A DNA stretch of 64,000 bases from NCBI GenBank assembly GCA_032718475.1, contig JAUCBJ010006637.1:62714-126713 (forward strand), given 5' to 3'. Below, one piece after another: positions 46,837 to 59,228 of this stretch. Positions within the stretch are counted from its first letter, which is position 1, and each line of letters opens with the position of its first letter. The notes under the pieces were generated by a model. The model was not told the DNA's origin, ran no database searches, and saw only the letters and a program-made list of their open reading frames with translations. The stretch comes from Nemertoderma westbladi. Taxonomy: Eukaryota; Animalia; Xenacoelomorpha. The position numbers were made by a program, and so were the translations under genes.

Positions 46837-49796
46837 GGGGGGGGTATAATAATAGACCATAAATTTTGGACGCTCTATAGATGCATCTAAAATTATTTTT
46901 TTGCTAGGAGTCATATTTTGAGTTTTGTGACTAAGGAATTAAAATTTTGGAAAAATTCAAAATTTTTCAAAAATTTTATTTTTTCGCCAAAATTTTGCCA
47001 AAAAGGCAAAAAATGAAAAAAATGCTAAGGCTTCTAGCCAAATTATCCAAATACTTCAAAACTCACGTGAGAAAGTCAGTAGGACGTCCCAAACGATTTG
47101 CATTGACAAAATTTTGATATCTTGTCGAGAAGAGCAAAAAGCACCAAAAGGGACATTTTTGGTCCAAAAAATGACCAAAATTTCAAAAATTTGGCCCAAT
47201 TTTTCGAAAAAATTGAGTTTTTAAAAAAATATCAAAATTTTGTCAATGCATTTTGTAAAGGACCCCACAATCATCGATCATGCAAAAAATCAGCACATTT
47301 GGGCCATTTTTGACAGAGCCTTAGCATTTTTCGTTTGAAAAATGCTAATTGGAGAAAAACAGGTTTAAAGTTAAAGTTTGTTTATTTTATTATGAAGTTA
47401 AATTTTTGAAATTTCGATTAAATGAGATAAACTCAGTGAATTCTAATAAAATTTTTTTCATCTAGTTCCAAATTTTATGTAGATTCCAAAAATTGTATTA
47501 TTATCGCATGTTAATCTTAAGGTCATATTATTTCATATAAAAGACATGTTAAAGGGTGTGAATTTTTTGACAAAATTTGAACAAAAAACTGAAATCAATA
47601 AAAAATAATAATTCAAATTAGGCACTATATTAATATTCATTAATTAAAATTAAATTTAAAAATTTAAAATGAAATTTAAAAAGTTAATTAAAAGGCCCCA
47701 GATTTATATGACTTATGATCGGGTGCTTGCCATTTCTTTGATGGTTTGTGTTCAGTACTTTTCTGTTTACGTTTTAGGTTGACCTTCTTTGCTCGTTCTG
47801 CAAGGTCACCATCATCTTCCTCAAGGCCAAGCTTCTTCAAAATTATCTGTTCTGCTGAACACCCCCGATTGTGAACTAAAACAGTATACGAAACATGAAA
47901 CATGAGTGTACTTAGACCCACAAACGTTTCTTTAGATAGACGAGTCCATAGCCGTGAATGCAGAGATTCGTTCGGATTTTGTGTGAGGCCAGGGATACAG
48001 CGTTCCAGAATTTCGCTCGTTGTTAGGCGTTCATAAACAGGTAAAATAAACTTCATGTTTGCCTCTTTTATAAATGTTACATTTTTGTAACTTATAGCAT
48101 TGTTTTTGAATTTACACCACTTATTTTCAGGGCATAACTCATGTTGTTTCTCAACATTATCTCCATAATCACAATAGTGATGTGTTGCAGCCACGATTTC
48201 ACTTCGAATCGTGCTTATGAGCACTGATTTTTCAGTCTCTGAGAGTTTATCTATATCAACATCTGCTATATTCTTCACGATCGTATTTCGGTAATATGAC
48301 TGCAATTGGTGACATCGACTATCAGTCAACCCTCCCTTGCCTCCAAGTTTATGAGTTTTGCGAGCATTGGAAAGACCTGTATATAGACGCTTCGCAACGT
48401 GGTTCAGGCACTCTTTCTTCTGCACTGTTACATTCTGCTCTCTGTAAGGATCGGACTCCAATATGTTCTTCATAACGCTGCTGTCGCCATCCGATACCAT
48501 TGATTGATATATGACACCATTATTTGATAGGGATCTATTGAATAGTTTAACAGCTAAATGAGGTTCCATACCTGAACTGGACCCTGAATAATTTATATTA
48601 CACTCATGATCAGCATTGCCATCTTCTTCTTTGTTGCGGCTACAAATATTACAGTATTTTGAACAAACATCGAAATCAATGACATGTCCTGTATTTTCGG
48701 ATATGATAAACGCGGCACCATAAAGTGATTGATGGCCTCTTTTCATCCATGTACCGTCAAAAGATATACATATTTCCCTGTCAATCTCTTTCATTGCACA
48801 ATTTTTTGCATTTCCTCGTGCAAGTGATTCCGTGACCTTCGAGATTTCGTTGACATGAAATTGCCAGGCTCTCTTCGCAACAGGAGATGGTAGTGACATT
48901 ATTCTAGAAAACGTCTCTGCATCACCATGGGTCCCACCAACACAAAGCCAAGCCAGTACTGCACGAAGATTCACATCCGCTGTTTTTCTTCCAGGACGAG
49001 GTTCAGTTCGAGAAACTTGGTCGCTCGTGAAAGTAGAATATTGCCAATCACAACGTGAACATTTCCCCTCAAAATTGGTACTATAACCACGATGTGACTC
49101 ATTTATCACTACTGTACCGTCACATTGCTTATCATCATGTTTCTCCATTATCAGTTTCTTTATTATTTGCGTTGCTACAACGTTATATCCCTCCAACTTT
49201 CCATCTGAGGGTAGGACATTCAGATTCGATGCTATTAGCGACGGTTCTCGATCTTTTGGCACTACCGGTACCGGTACTGAAATCGATTTCATATGCGCGA
49301 GGTTCAATGTACCGGTATCTTGTTTCTTGGTTCCTGTTTCTTGTTTCTTGGTTCTTGGCATACTGTATTATAAAAATTATATCGTCAACGATGTATGTAC
49401 AATTTTCGATTCGAAGATGGAGGACGCTCTATAGTCTGTGTCCGTCAAAACTGCTGATTGCATTGATTGAAACACCAATACAGCATACAGTTAGTAACTA
49501 AAACATAACAATGTGCAAATTCTCGTTTTAAACCTCCCGCTAAAATACATTCCAACCTGTAATAACTTATTAGCCAATACAATGATTTCAGTGCAACAAG
49601 CCGGAAATTTTGTTAATTTTTGTCATTTTTTTCAAATAATTTTCAGGATGCGTGTCTATATAATGAGCCATAACTCGAAAACTAGACAAGCTAGAAATAA
49701 ACTGTTTACAGATTTGAAATCTCCATAAAATTTGCTACAAGAAACGGGTATAAAATTTTTTTTATATTTTTTGACCCCAATTATTATACCCCCCCC
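46837..49796 (-). mobile_element. Kolobok-type DNA transposon, apparently complete (2960 bp)
   Basis: TTAA TSD (46833-46836, 49797-49800); perfect 17-bp TIR ggggggggtataataat / attattatacccccccc; internal transposase ORF. Confidence 0.9.
47688..49361 (-). CDS. DDE transposase (Kolobok / Mutator-like domain), 557 aa
   Basis: SFDGTWMKRGHQS, CSKYCNIC, NYSGSSSGME, VSDGDSS, KKECLNHVAKR, TQNPNESLHSRLW; uninterrupted ORF. Confidence 0.93.
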   Translation of the reverse strand: MPRTKKQETGTKKQDTGTLNLAHMKSISVPVPVVPKDREPSLIASNLNVLPSDGKLEGYNVVATQIIKKLIMEKHDDKQCDGTVVINESHRGYSTNFEGKCSRCDWQYSTFTSDQVSRTEPRPGRKTADVNLRAVLAWLCVGGTHGDAETFSRIMSLPSPVAKRAWQFHVNEISKVTESLARGNAKNCAMKEIDREICISFDGTWMKRGHQSLYGAAFIISENTGHVIDFDVCSKYCNICSRNKEEDGNADHECNINYSGSSSGMEPHLAVKLFNRSLSNNGVIYQSMVSDGDSSVMKNILESDPYREQNVTVQKKECLNHVAKRLYTGLSNARKTHKLGGKGGLTDSRCHQLQSYYRNTIVKNIADVDIDKLSETEKSVLISTIRSEIVAATHHYCDYGDNVEKQHELCPENKWCKFKNNAISYKNVTFIKEANMKFILPVYERLTTSEILERCIPGLTQNPNESLHSRLWTRLSKETFVGLSTLMFHVSYTVLVHNRGCSAEQIILKKLGLEEDDGDLAERAKKVNLKRKQKSTEHKPSKKWQAPDHKSYKSGAF

Positions 49797-51449
49797 TTAA
49801 GCAATCGGACGGAACCATTGTGAAGTGTTGGGCGATGTTGTCGTTTTCAGTTGGCGGACAGATACAAACCAAACCGGGGTTACAATATCTCCACTTTAAT
49901 GAACTCTGTTGCAAGGACCTCAACGAAATTAAAATAACCTAGGCAGCTAAGGAACTTTTAACACCTGATGACTTTAAATCAATGGAAAAACACGGATCGG
50001 AATTATCCGCAACGGAACAATCGCTTTCTTCTGTTTCGCCATCGAGTGGACTACGGACTGGTTGCTAGGCTACGCTAAACTATACTCCTATTGGACATAC
50101 ACTGTAGTTAGTTTAATTCGAAAAAGTGTTATTTTCGTTATTTTGTTCCTTGTTGAATTGTTAAACATTGATTATACTGTATGTGCTTATTTCGTTATTG
50201 TGCTTATACAGTAATATACAGCCGCATATACTAACTTTATTTTATATTATTTATCGTATATTTTTCTACCACATCATATTTCTATATATAAGGATATACG
50301 AGATAAATTCTACACAAAGACAGACTTTTACAGTTCCTGTCTGCCGCTAGGGGGCAAATTGTTAGAGCTCCAGTTCAACGTGCTTAGCACGGTTTAATAA
50401 ACAAAAACAATAAACTCATTATCTATTCATTACAGTAATTATAACAGTAAAATGCAATATATTCTATTTTCTAGTGAAATCAAGAAACGGGGGGGGGGGG
50501 GGGGGGGGGGGCTGGACGCAAACCCCATCTTGGCGAATTAATATCCCGCCTCAATGTTAAATTCTCAATTTAGGGAAAGGAGTAGGTTACAGTGGCACGA
50601 TATTTTAACCAAAACAATAAACTAAACACAATAGAACAGGTTACAGTTTTATTGTTGAGAGTAATTAGTTGTTACTGTATTTGCGTCGAATTCCCCCTGG
50701 AGAGGGATGAATTTTTATCACGTCCAGTTTCCCCCGCTATCTGCAAAAATAATACCAAAAATATATTTATAATATGAATAATCTATTTGGAAATTGTAAG
50801 TTTGGCCTTTTTTTACCATATTTTTTTATTATTTTACCAATTATTTAAAATTTTTGATAGAATTGAACAACATTTGCTTAAATAATGAGATGGCACTAGC
50901 TGAGCCCAGTCAGCCAGAGCCAGTTGTTAATAATATAAAAATATCGGCTGTAAATACAGTTTCACACAAGATGACAAGGGCGTTACATCCCTTCCTTTGT
51001 ATAAGAAATATAAAAATGTAACACAAAATACAAGACTATCGGCTAATCGGGAGGAATAACTAAACCTCCCCGACTGTAGTCCTCCAATAATTACCATGAT
51101 TATTATCCATAAAATAAGTATCATCGTGGTCTCTTTGAATACTACCTGGTATTTTTATGTCCAATATAAAGTGCTACATTACTTCATCAAATTCCGAGTA
51201 TAAATAAATAACAATAACAAAAAAACATAATTATAAACAGTTCGGATCTTCCTACATGGCTTTATGGCAATGCATGGGCATATGAGGGCTAGGTTGTCTG
51301 GTTGTATGTAGAGGTGGAGGGCGACCGAACAAAACCTTGACGGTATTTTGTTTTTACTTTTATCATAATATAACATGAATATAAAAATACTGTAATTAAT
51401 TTTACTGCGTGCGTAACCCTAAGACAATATAAGAAATAGAGGATTATTA

Positions 51450-52421
51450 GGTTAAATCTTTTCGACCTACGCGTAGCTACGCGTAGTTTGTAACTTCCAT
51501 TCCTGTCATTTACCGGTAGGGCCAGACTTACTGCTTTTTTAACAACTACTCGTAGGTGTTTTAAAACTACGCCTAGGTCTGTAGGTATATTGGAACTACG
51601 CGTAGGTGTTACGCGTAGCTACGCGTAGGTGTTACGCGTAGCTACGCGTAGCAGTCCTGATAACAATGATTTTTCATTTCAGGCACGTCTCATGATTCAA
51701 GTATCTTTGTTTCCATTGGATAATTTCAATATTCTACAGTAGTAAGCTATAAGTCTACCGGTGAAGTGGTTAAGCGAAAGCTGATAATACTGCATATAAT
51801 TCAACTTGTTCGATCAGACGTTAAAGTGCAACAAATCATGGTAGACAATTTAGTATCCCCCCTCCCTTTACAAGGGGTTAGCATATTAAATATATCCTTA
51901 CCCTCTCGTGAACAAAGGCAATAATAAATAGCAATGGAGAATCGATCCATCGGCCTATTTCCTTTGTAAGCTATTTTTGAACTCTAAACATTATTAACAC
52001 ATTTTAGCGCGCGCAACGCATGAAGTGAAGAATAATGTAGCCTTGAGCGTATGCCACTACACAGAGTATACAGGTATAGGATACATTACTGTTGAAGCAT
52101 TTAATTGTTGTACTGTATATTGAACATAAAGTATTGTCTTATTTTACTACTGAACCGCTTGGAATACGTAGGCCTACTAATGATAAACGTCGTAGCGATA
52201 AATGTAGCACCTATGCGTAGTTATACGTCGGACCTACGCGTAGTTCGCGTAGGACCTACGTGTAGCTACGCGTAGCACCTACGTGTAGCTACGCGTAGCA
52301 CCTACGCGTAGTTAATGTTGTAATTCTGAAACTGGTGATATATGAACCAATGTTGCGAACTACGCGTACAGTAGCTACGCGTAGGCCTACAGTACGACGT
52401 GTAGGTCGAAAAGATTTACCC
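51450..52421. mobile_element. Non-autonomous TIR element with 8-bp TSD and ctacgcgtag subterminal palindromes
   Basis: gattatta|ggttaaatcttttcgacctac ... gtaggtcgaaaagatttaccc|gattatta; superfamily (Merlin/hAT/MULE) unresolved. Confidence 0.85.
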
Positions 52422-52940
52422 GATTATTATGAGTTATGATAGTACAGCAGTATGTCTTGCTGCTGTACTGCAGTGCTGTCTTATGCAGTTATGTCAGTAT
52501 GTAGCACAGTATGCAGTTGCAGGTTCGGTACCAGCGACCACGCTGTACTGGTACAGTATATAGGATGTACTAGACGTCGTCCAGCAACTACAGTGCAATT
52601 ATCCGGGTCGCAATTGTCCGGGTCGCAATTGTCCGGGTCGCAATTGTCCGGACTCCCTGTAGTACATCCATGACGTACTATAGATACGACCCGCCAATCT
52701 GCTGCACAGCCGCTAAATTCAGTGGGCCAGTTATTTCTCTTAGATAGAATCTCTGAAACAATAGGTCTATCACGTCGAAAGTACTTGGCCCTAACTAAAA
52801 TTATGTCCTCTTTCAGATGAGACAAATAAAAATGTAATAGCTCCAGAAGTTTTCGAGATATTAGGAGTTCTTGGCACCCATACCATATCAACACCTTTCG
52901 GAATTTATAAAATTACACAAAATGCGACACCCATCAAAGA

Positions 52941-53628
52941 CTTTGGTATAACCATAGGGTACTGTGCTTTGGTATAACCATAGGGTACTGTGCTTTGGTA
53001 TAACCATAGGGTACTGTGCTTTGGTATAACCATATAGGGTACTGTGCTTTGGTATAACCATAGGGTACTGTGCTTTGGTATAACCATATAGGGTACTGTG
53101 CTTTGGTATAACCATAGGGTACTGTGCTTTGGTATAACCATAGGGTACTGTGCTTTGGTATAACCATAGGGTACTGTGCTTTGGTATAACCATAGGGTAC
53201 TGTGCTTTGGTATAACCATAGGGTACTGTGCTTTGGTATAACCATAGGGTACTGTGCTTTGGTATAACCATAGGGTACTGTGCTTTGGTATAACCATAGG
53301 GTACTGTGCTTTGGTATAACCATATAGGGTACTGTGCTTTGGTATAACCATAGGGTACTGTGCTTTGGTATAACCATATAGGGTACTGTGCTTTGGTATA
53401 ACCATAGGGTACTGTGCTTTGGTATAACCATAGGGTACTGTGCTTTGGTATAACCATAGGGTACTGTGCTTTGGTATAACCATAGGGTACTGTGCTTTGG
53501 TATAACCATATAGGGTACTGTGCTTTGGTATAACCATAGGGTACTGTGCTTTGGTATAACCATAGGGTACTGTGCTTTGGTATAACCATAGGGTACTGTG
53601 CTTTGGTATAACCATATAGGGTACTATG
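52941..53628. repeat. 26/28-bp minisatellite (ctttggtataaccatagggtactgtg), ~26 copies
   Basis: Direct inspection. Confidence 0.96.
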
Positions 53629-54330
53629 CTTTTTTGGTTAGTCGAATTCATTATTAGAAATCGAAAACGAGATTAGATGCAAAATTTTAATTTTCATTTT
53701 TTAATATTAAAAGAACATATATACATGCATACAGACAGAAAATATTAAAAGAGCACCAAAATATATATTAGTTTAGTATAGGGTAGTATTACCTACTACC
53801 CTATAGTAAGGTCATGGTACATATTTTAATCTTCTGTGTTCTAAACATTAATCAGAAAAGTAATTAACATAAGGTTTATTAGCATAAAGAAAATAAATAC
53901 ATTATGACTTACTGTACTGTATAAAGTTCAAAATACTGTAGTATACGGTCCTGGCCCTGGGACCCTGGGTCCATTTCAGCGTTATCCGTACAGTATCAGC
54001 GCGATTGATGTCCCAGTGTGTTATACAGTATGTATTAACAGTCTTGGACATCACCAGCAATGTACCGCCGCTACCGGTACTACATTTATGTATTTATTCA
54101 AAGATTCCTCGCGACTCGGAAATATTATCTCACCTCAAATGAATTCTATAATTTATATATAAATATATATTTAGGTAATTAAAACAAATAATAACAACTG
54201 TGTACAGGTGTAAAGCAGTCACAAAATACGGGTGTGACAACAAGCGAACAAGGATATGAAAATATATACTGTATATCTTGCAGCCGTGGATTTTGCTTTT
54301 ATCCTCCAAATATAATATGTAGGGCCTATT

Positions 54331-54450
54331 TCATTGGACTTTGAACATATCAACTTTACTGCTAGAATTATTGTAGCCTTTACTTTCCATGTGATCCACA
54401 ATGGCCTTGTATATCTCATCTCGATTCATCATCATTCCGAATAAATATGG
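54331..54450 (-). CDS. GRAMD4: GRAMD4-like terminal exon
   Basis: gttttttag|PYLFGMMMNRDEIYKAIVDHMESKGYNNSSSKVDMFKVQ*; matches the P..FG.M..RDE end of the GRAMD4 GRAM domain; phase 0. Confidence 0.85.
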   Translation of the reverse strand, partial: PYLFGMMMNRDEIYKAIVDHMESKGYNNSSSKVDMFKVQ

Positions 54451-57400
54451 CTAAAAAACAATCACAGTAACCTTTTAGATTTAGCGGAACTACAATAAAT
54501 AATAATAATAAATATGGATAAAAAACAATCACAGTAACCTTTTAGATTTAGCGGAACTACATTCAATAATAATAATAAATATGGATAAAAAACAATCACA
54601 GTAACCTTTTAGATTTAGCGGAACTACATTCAATAATAATAATAAATATGGATAAAAAACAATCACAGTAACCTTTTAGATTTAGCGGAACTACATTCAA
54701 TAATAATAATAAATATGGATAAAAAACAATCACAGTAACCTTTTAGATTTAGCGGAACTACATTCAATAATAATAATAAATATGGATAAAAAACAATCAC
54801 AGTAACCTTTTAGATTTAGCGGAACTACAATCAATAATAATAATAAATATGGCTAAAAAACAATCACAGTAACCTTTTAGATTTAGCGGAACTACATTCA
54901 ATAATAATAATAAATATGGATAAAAAACAATCACAGTAACCTTTTAGATTTAGCGGAACTACATTCAATAATAATAATAAATATGGATAAAAAACAATCA
55001 CAGTAACCTTTTAGATTTAGCGGAACTACAATAAATAATAATAATAAATATGGATAAAAAACAATCACAGTAACCTTTTAGATTTAGCGGAACTACAATA
55101 AATAATAATAATAAATATGGATAAAAAACAATCACAGTAACCTTTTAGATTTAGCGGAACTACATTCAATAATAATAATAAATATGGATAAAAAACAATC
55201 ACAGTAACCTTTTAGATTTAGCGGAACTACATTCAATAATAATAATAAATATGGATAAAAAACAATCACAGTAACCTTTTAGATTTAGCGGAACTACATT
55301 CAATAATAATAATAAATATGGATAAAAAACAATCACAGTAACCTTTTAGATTTAGCGGAACTACATTCAATAATAATAATAAATATGGATAAAAAACAAT
55401 CACAGTAACCTTTTAGATTTAGCGGAACTACATTCAATAATAATAATAAATATGGATAAAAAACAATCACAGTAACCTTTTAGATTTAGCGGAACTACAT
55501 TCAATAATAATAATAAATATGGATAAAAAACAATCACAGTAACCTTTTAGATTTAGCGGAACTACATTCAATAATAATAATAAATATGGATAAAAAACAA
55601 TCACAGTAACATTTTAGATTTAGCGGAACTACAATCAATAATAACAATAAATATGGCTAAAAAACAATCACAGTAACCTTTTAGATTTAGCGGAACTACA
55701 ATCAATAATAACAATAAATATGGCTAAAAAACAATCACAGTAACCTTTTAGATTTAGCGGAACTACAATAAATAATAATAATAAATATGGCTAAAAAACA
55801 ATCACAGTAACCTTTTAGATTTAGCGGAACTACAATAAATAATAATAATAAATATGGCTAAAAAACAATCACAGTAACCTTTTAGATTTAGCGGAACTAC
55901 AATAAATAATAATAATAAATATGGCTAAAAAACAATCACAGTAACCTTTTAGATTTAGCGGAACTACAATAAATAATAATAATAAATATGGCTAAAAAAC
56001 AATCACAGTAACCTTTTAGATTTAGCGGAACTACAATCAATAATAACAATAAATATGGCTAAAAAACAATCACAGTAACCTTTTAGATTTAGCGGAACTA
56101 CAATAAATAATAATAATAAATATGGCTAAAAAACAATCACAGTAACCTTTTAGATTTAGCGGAACTACAATAAATAATAATAATAAATATGGATAAAAAA
56201 CAATCACAGTAACCTTTTAGATTTAGCGGAACTACAATAAATAATAATAATAAATATGGCTAAAAAACAATCACAGTAACCTTTTAGATTTAGCGGAACT
56301 ACAATAAATAATAATAATAAATATGGCTAAAAAACAATCACAGTAACCTTTTAGATTTAGCGGAACTACAATCAATAATAACAATAAATATGGCTAAAAA
56401 ACAATCACAGTAACCTTTTAGATTTAGCGGAACTACAATAAATAATAATAATAAATATGGCTAAAAAACAATCACAGTAACCTTTTAGATTTAGCGGAAC
56501 TACAATAAATAATAATAATAAATATGGATAAAAAACAATCACAGTAACCTTTTAGATTTAGCGGAACTACATTCAATAATAATAATAAATATGGATAAAA
56601 AACAATCACAGTAACCTTTTAGATTTAGCGGAACTACATTCAATAATAATAATAAATATGGATAAAAAACAATCACAGTAACCTTTTAGATTTAGCGGAA
56701 CTACATTCAATAATAATAATAAATATGGATAAAAAACAATCACAGTAACCTTTTAGATTTAGCGGAACTACATTCAATAATAATAATAAATATGGATAAA
56801 AAACAATCACAGTAACCTTTTAGATTTAGCGGAACTACATTCAATAATAATAATAAATATGGATAAAAAACAATCACAGTAACCTTTTAGATTTAGCGGA
56901 ACTACATTCAATAATAATAATAAATATGGATAAAAAACAATCACAGTAACCTTTTAGATTTAGCGGAACTACATTCAATAATAATAATAAATATGGATAA
57001 AAAACAATCACAGTAACCTTTTAGATTTAGCGGAACTACAATAAATAATAACAATAAATATGGCTAAAAAACAATCACAGTAACCTTTTAGATTTAGCGG
57101 AACTACAATCAATAATAACAATAAATATGGCTAAAAAACAATCACAGTAACCTTTTAGATTTAGCGGAACTACAATAAATAATAATAATAAATATGGCTA
57201 AAAAACAATCACAGTAACCTTTTAGATTTAGCGGAACTACAATAAATAATAATAATAAATATGGCTAAAAAACAATCACAGTAACCTTTTAGATTTAGCG
57301 GAACTACAATAAATAATAATAATAAATATGGCTAAAAAACAATCACAGTAACCTTTTAGATTTAGCGGAACTACAATAAATAATAATAATAAATATGGCT

Positions 57401-57798
57401 AAAAAACAATCACAGTAACCTTTTAGATTTAGCGGAACTACAATCAATAATAACAATAAATATGGCTAAAAAACAATCACAGTAACCTTTTAGATTTAGC
57501 GGAACTACAATAAATAATAATAATAAATATGGCTAAAAAACAATCACAGTAACCTTTTAGATTTAGCGGAACTACAATAAATAATAATAATAAATATGGC
57601 TAAAAAACAATCACAGTAACCTTTTAGATTTAGCGGAACTACATTCAATAATAATAATAAATATGGCTAAAAAACAATCACAGTAACCTTTTAGATTTAG
57701 CGGAACTACAATAAATAATAATAATAAATATGGCTAAAAAACAATCACAGTAACCTTTTAGATTTAGCGGAACTACAATCAATAATAACAATAAATAT
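54440..57798. repeat. 67-bp intronic minisatellite (~50 copies) containing the GRAMD4 3' splice site
   Basis: Unit aataaatatgg[c/a]taaaaaacaatcacagtaaccttttagatttagcggaactacaataaataataat; the lowest-coordinate copy is the real intron/exon junction. Confidence 0.96.
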
Positions 57799-58038
57799 GT
57801 AATATTATGGTTTTGTTCAGAAATGAAAAAATTGAGAAAGCGCGTCACCGGGGGTTGAACCAGCGGTATACTTACGTTTCAGTCCACATCAGTAGCGCTA
57901 ACCAGTTCAGCCACTTGCCCCTGACATTCACTCTCCCACCTAATCCACTTCTACTTCTCACGCTGGTAGCGCTGGTTCAACCCCCGGTGACGCGCTTTCT
58001 CATTTTTTCCATTTCTGAACAAAACCATAATATTACAT
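57797..58038. mobile_element. 69-bp near-perfect inverted repeat containing a tRNA-like Pol III promoter
   Basis: Arms 57797-57865 and 57970-58038; the - strand has TGGCTGAACTGG (A box) and GGTTCAACCC (B box). Confidence 0.7.
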
Positions 58039-58518
58039 CTTTAATTACAGTTGCATTAACAGCTGAACTCCAATTTATTTATATAATAATAAATAAACAA
58101 ATTGATTGCGTTTCCTTTTACGATTTTAACTTATTTACGTAAAATATCTAGAAATATAAATATAAAGTAATTAACAATATAGGGAACCTACGGACAATCT
58201 TCAATATGTAACACTATATACACATACTGGGCCTCGTGCTGCGCGAAGGCCCCACGAACGTGTAACACTATATACACATACATTCTGTAGTTTTAGAGCA
58301 CCGGGTTTTGTCATCTACATACCCACCTATAGATACACTTTTAGATATAGATAGACTCTTATAGATACAATTTTTGCCACAATTTGTTTCGCTAAACCAA
58401 TCAATCTACATTCCTTATTTAAAAATGTTACATTACTATTCAAAATAATGTATTTTCCAATTAATATTAGAGCAAAATTATAGATAGGCTTTAATAATAT
58501 AAATGAAGTTTGAGTTAC

Positions 58519-58760
58519 CTGTAGTCCATTCTTTACAATAATCTCCATACAGACACCACTTCCTGGGATCACAGCGTAAGGTTTACATTTCTCTATAGAA
58601 ATAACTTCATTTAATTCTATTGTCAAGTTCTTAGTAGTTTGAGTCTTCGCTCTCAAGAAACACAGGAAATTATCAGTTAGAAATAATCTCCCGTGTTTAA
58701 ATGGAGAAATTGTTTTATCCTTAAGAATCCTGGTTGTCCTGTACCCACTTGATGGCCATT
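58519..58760 (-). CDS. GRAMD4: GRAMD4-like exon (GRAM domain core)
   Basis: gttttag|(E)WPSSGYRTTRILKDKTISPFKHGRLFLTDNFLCFLRAKTQTTKNLTIELNEVISIEKCKPYAVIPGSGVCMEIIVKNGLQ|gtaact; G.L.LT.N.LCF and PGSG motifs. Confidence 0.9.
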
Positions 58761-59228
58761 CTAAAACATTTTAAAAATATTCCAGTATATTATTATTCTA
58801 GTATATATGTAATTCAGAGCTTGAATCTATACAGTTATGATAATCTATGAGTTTAGCAAAATCGCATTTATTTTGTTACTCAAGCAGTCATTGAATGGTC
58901 GTGTACAAAGAAGATGGGACATTCCCAACACACATGGCGAATGAAGGAAGCAAGCCATTTTCTCCTATATTGCCATTACCACTTTTTGGGAATTAAGGGA
59001 TTCATTCCCTTGTTTTATGTTTATTAATTTTGGTTTCCTTGTCCCCTTTTTTATCACTGAAGTTTCCTTTTTCCCCTTTATTTTAACTTTTCTGTTTCCT
59101 TTTTTTGTGAAATTTACCGCTGGGAGGGCTGCATTTCCTTCCAAGCTACAAAGGGAACTAAATTCGCCTTGATGAAACAACAATAATTTGGGGACGTAAA
59201 TTCGCTTAAAGGGGACCTAAGTCCGCAA

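Noticed and set aside
50927-51376. Possible small minus-strand exons
   Set aside because: Short open frames without consistent splice phases or recognisable homology.
52481-52894. 137-aa minus-strand ORF as a possible exon
   Set aside because: No recognisable protein; the sequence has the look of non-autonomous transposon termini, and GRAMD4 already terminates at 54331.
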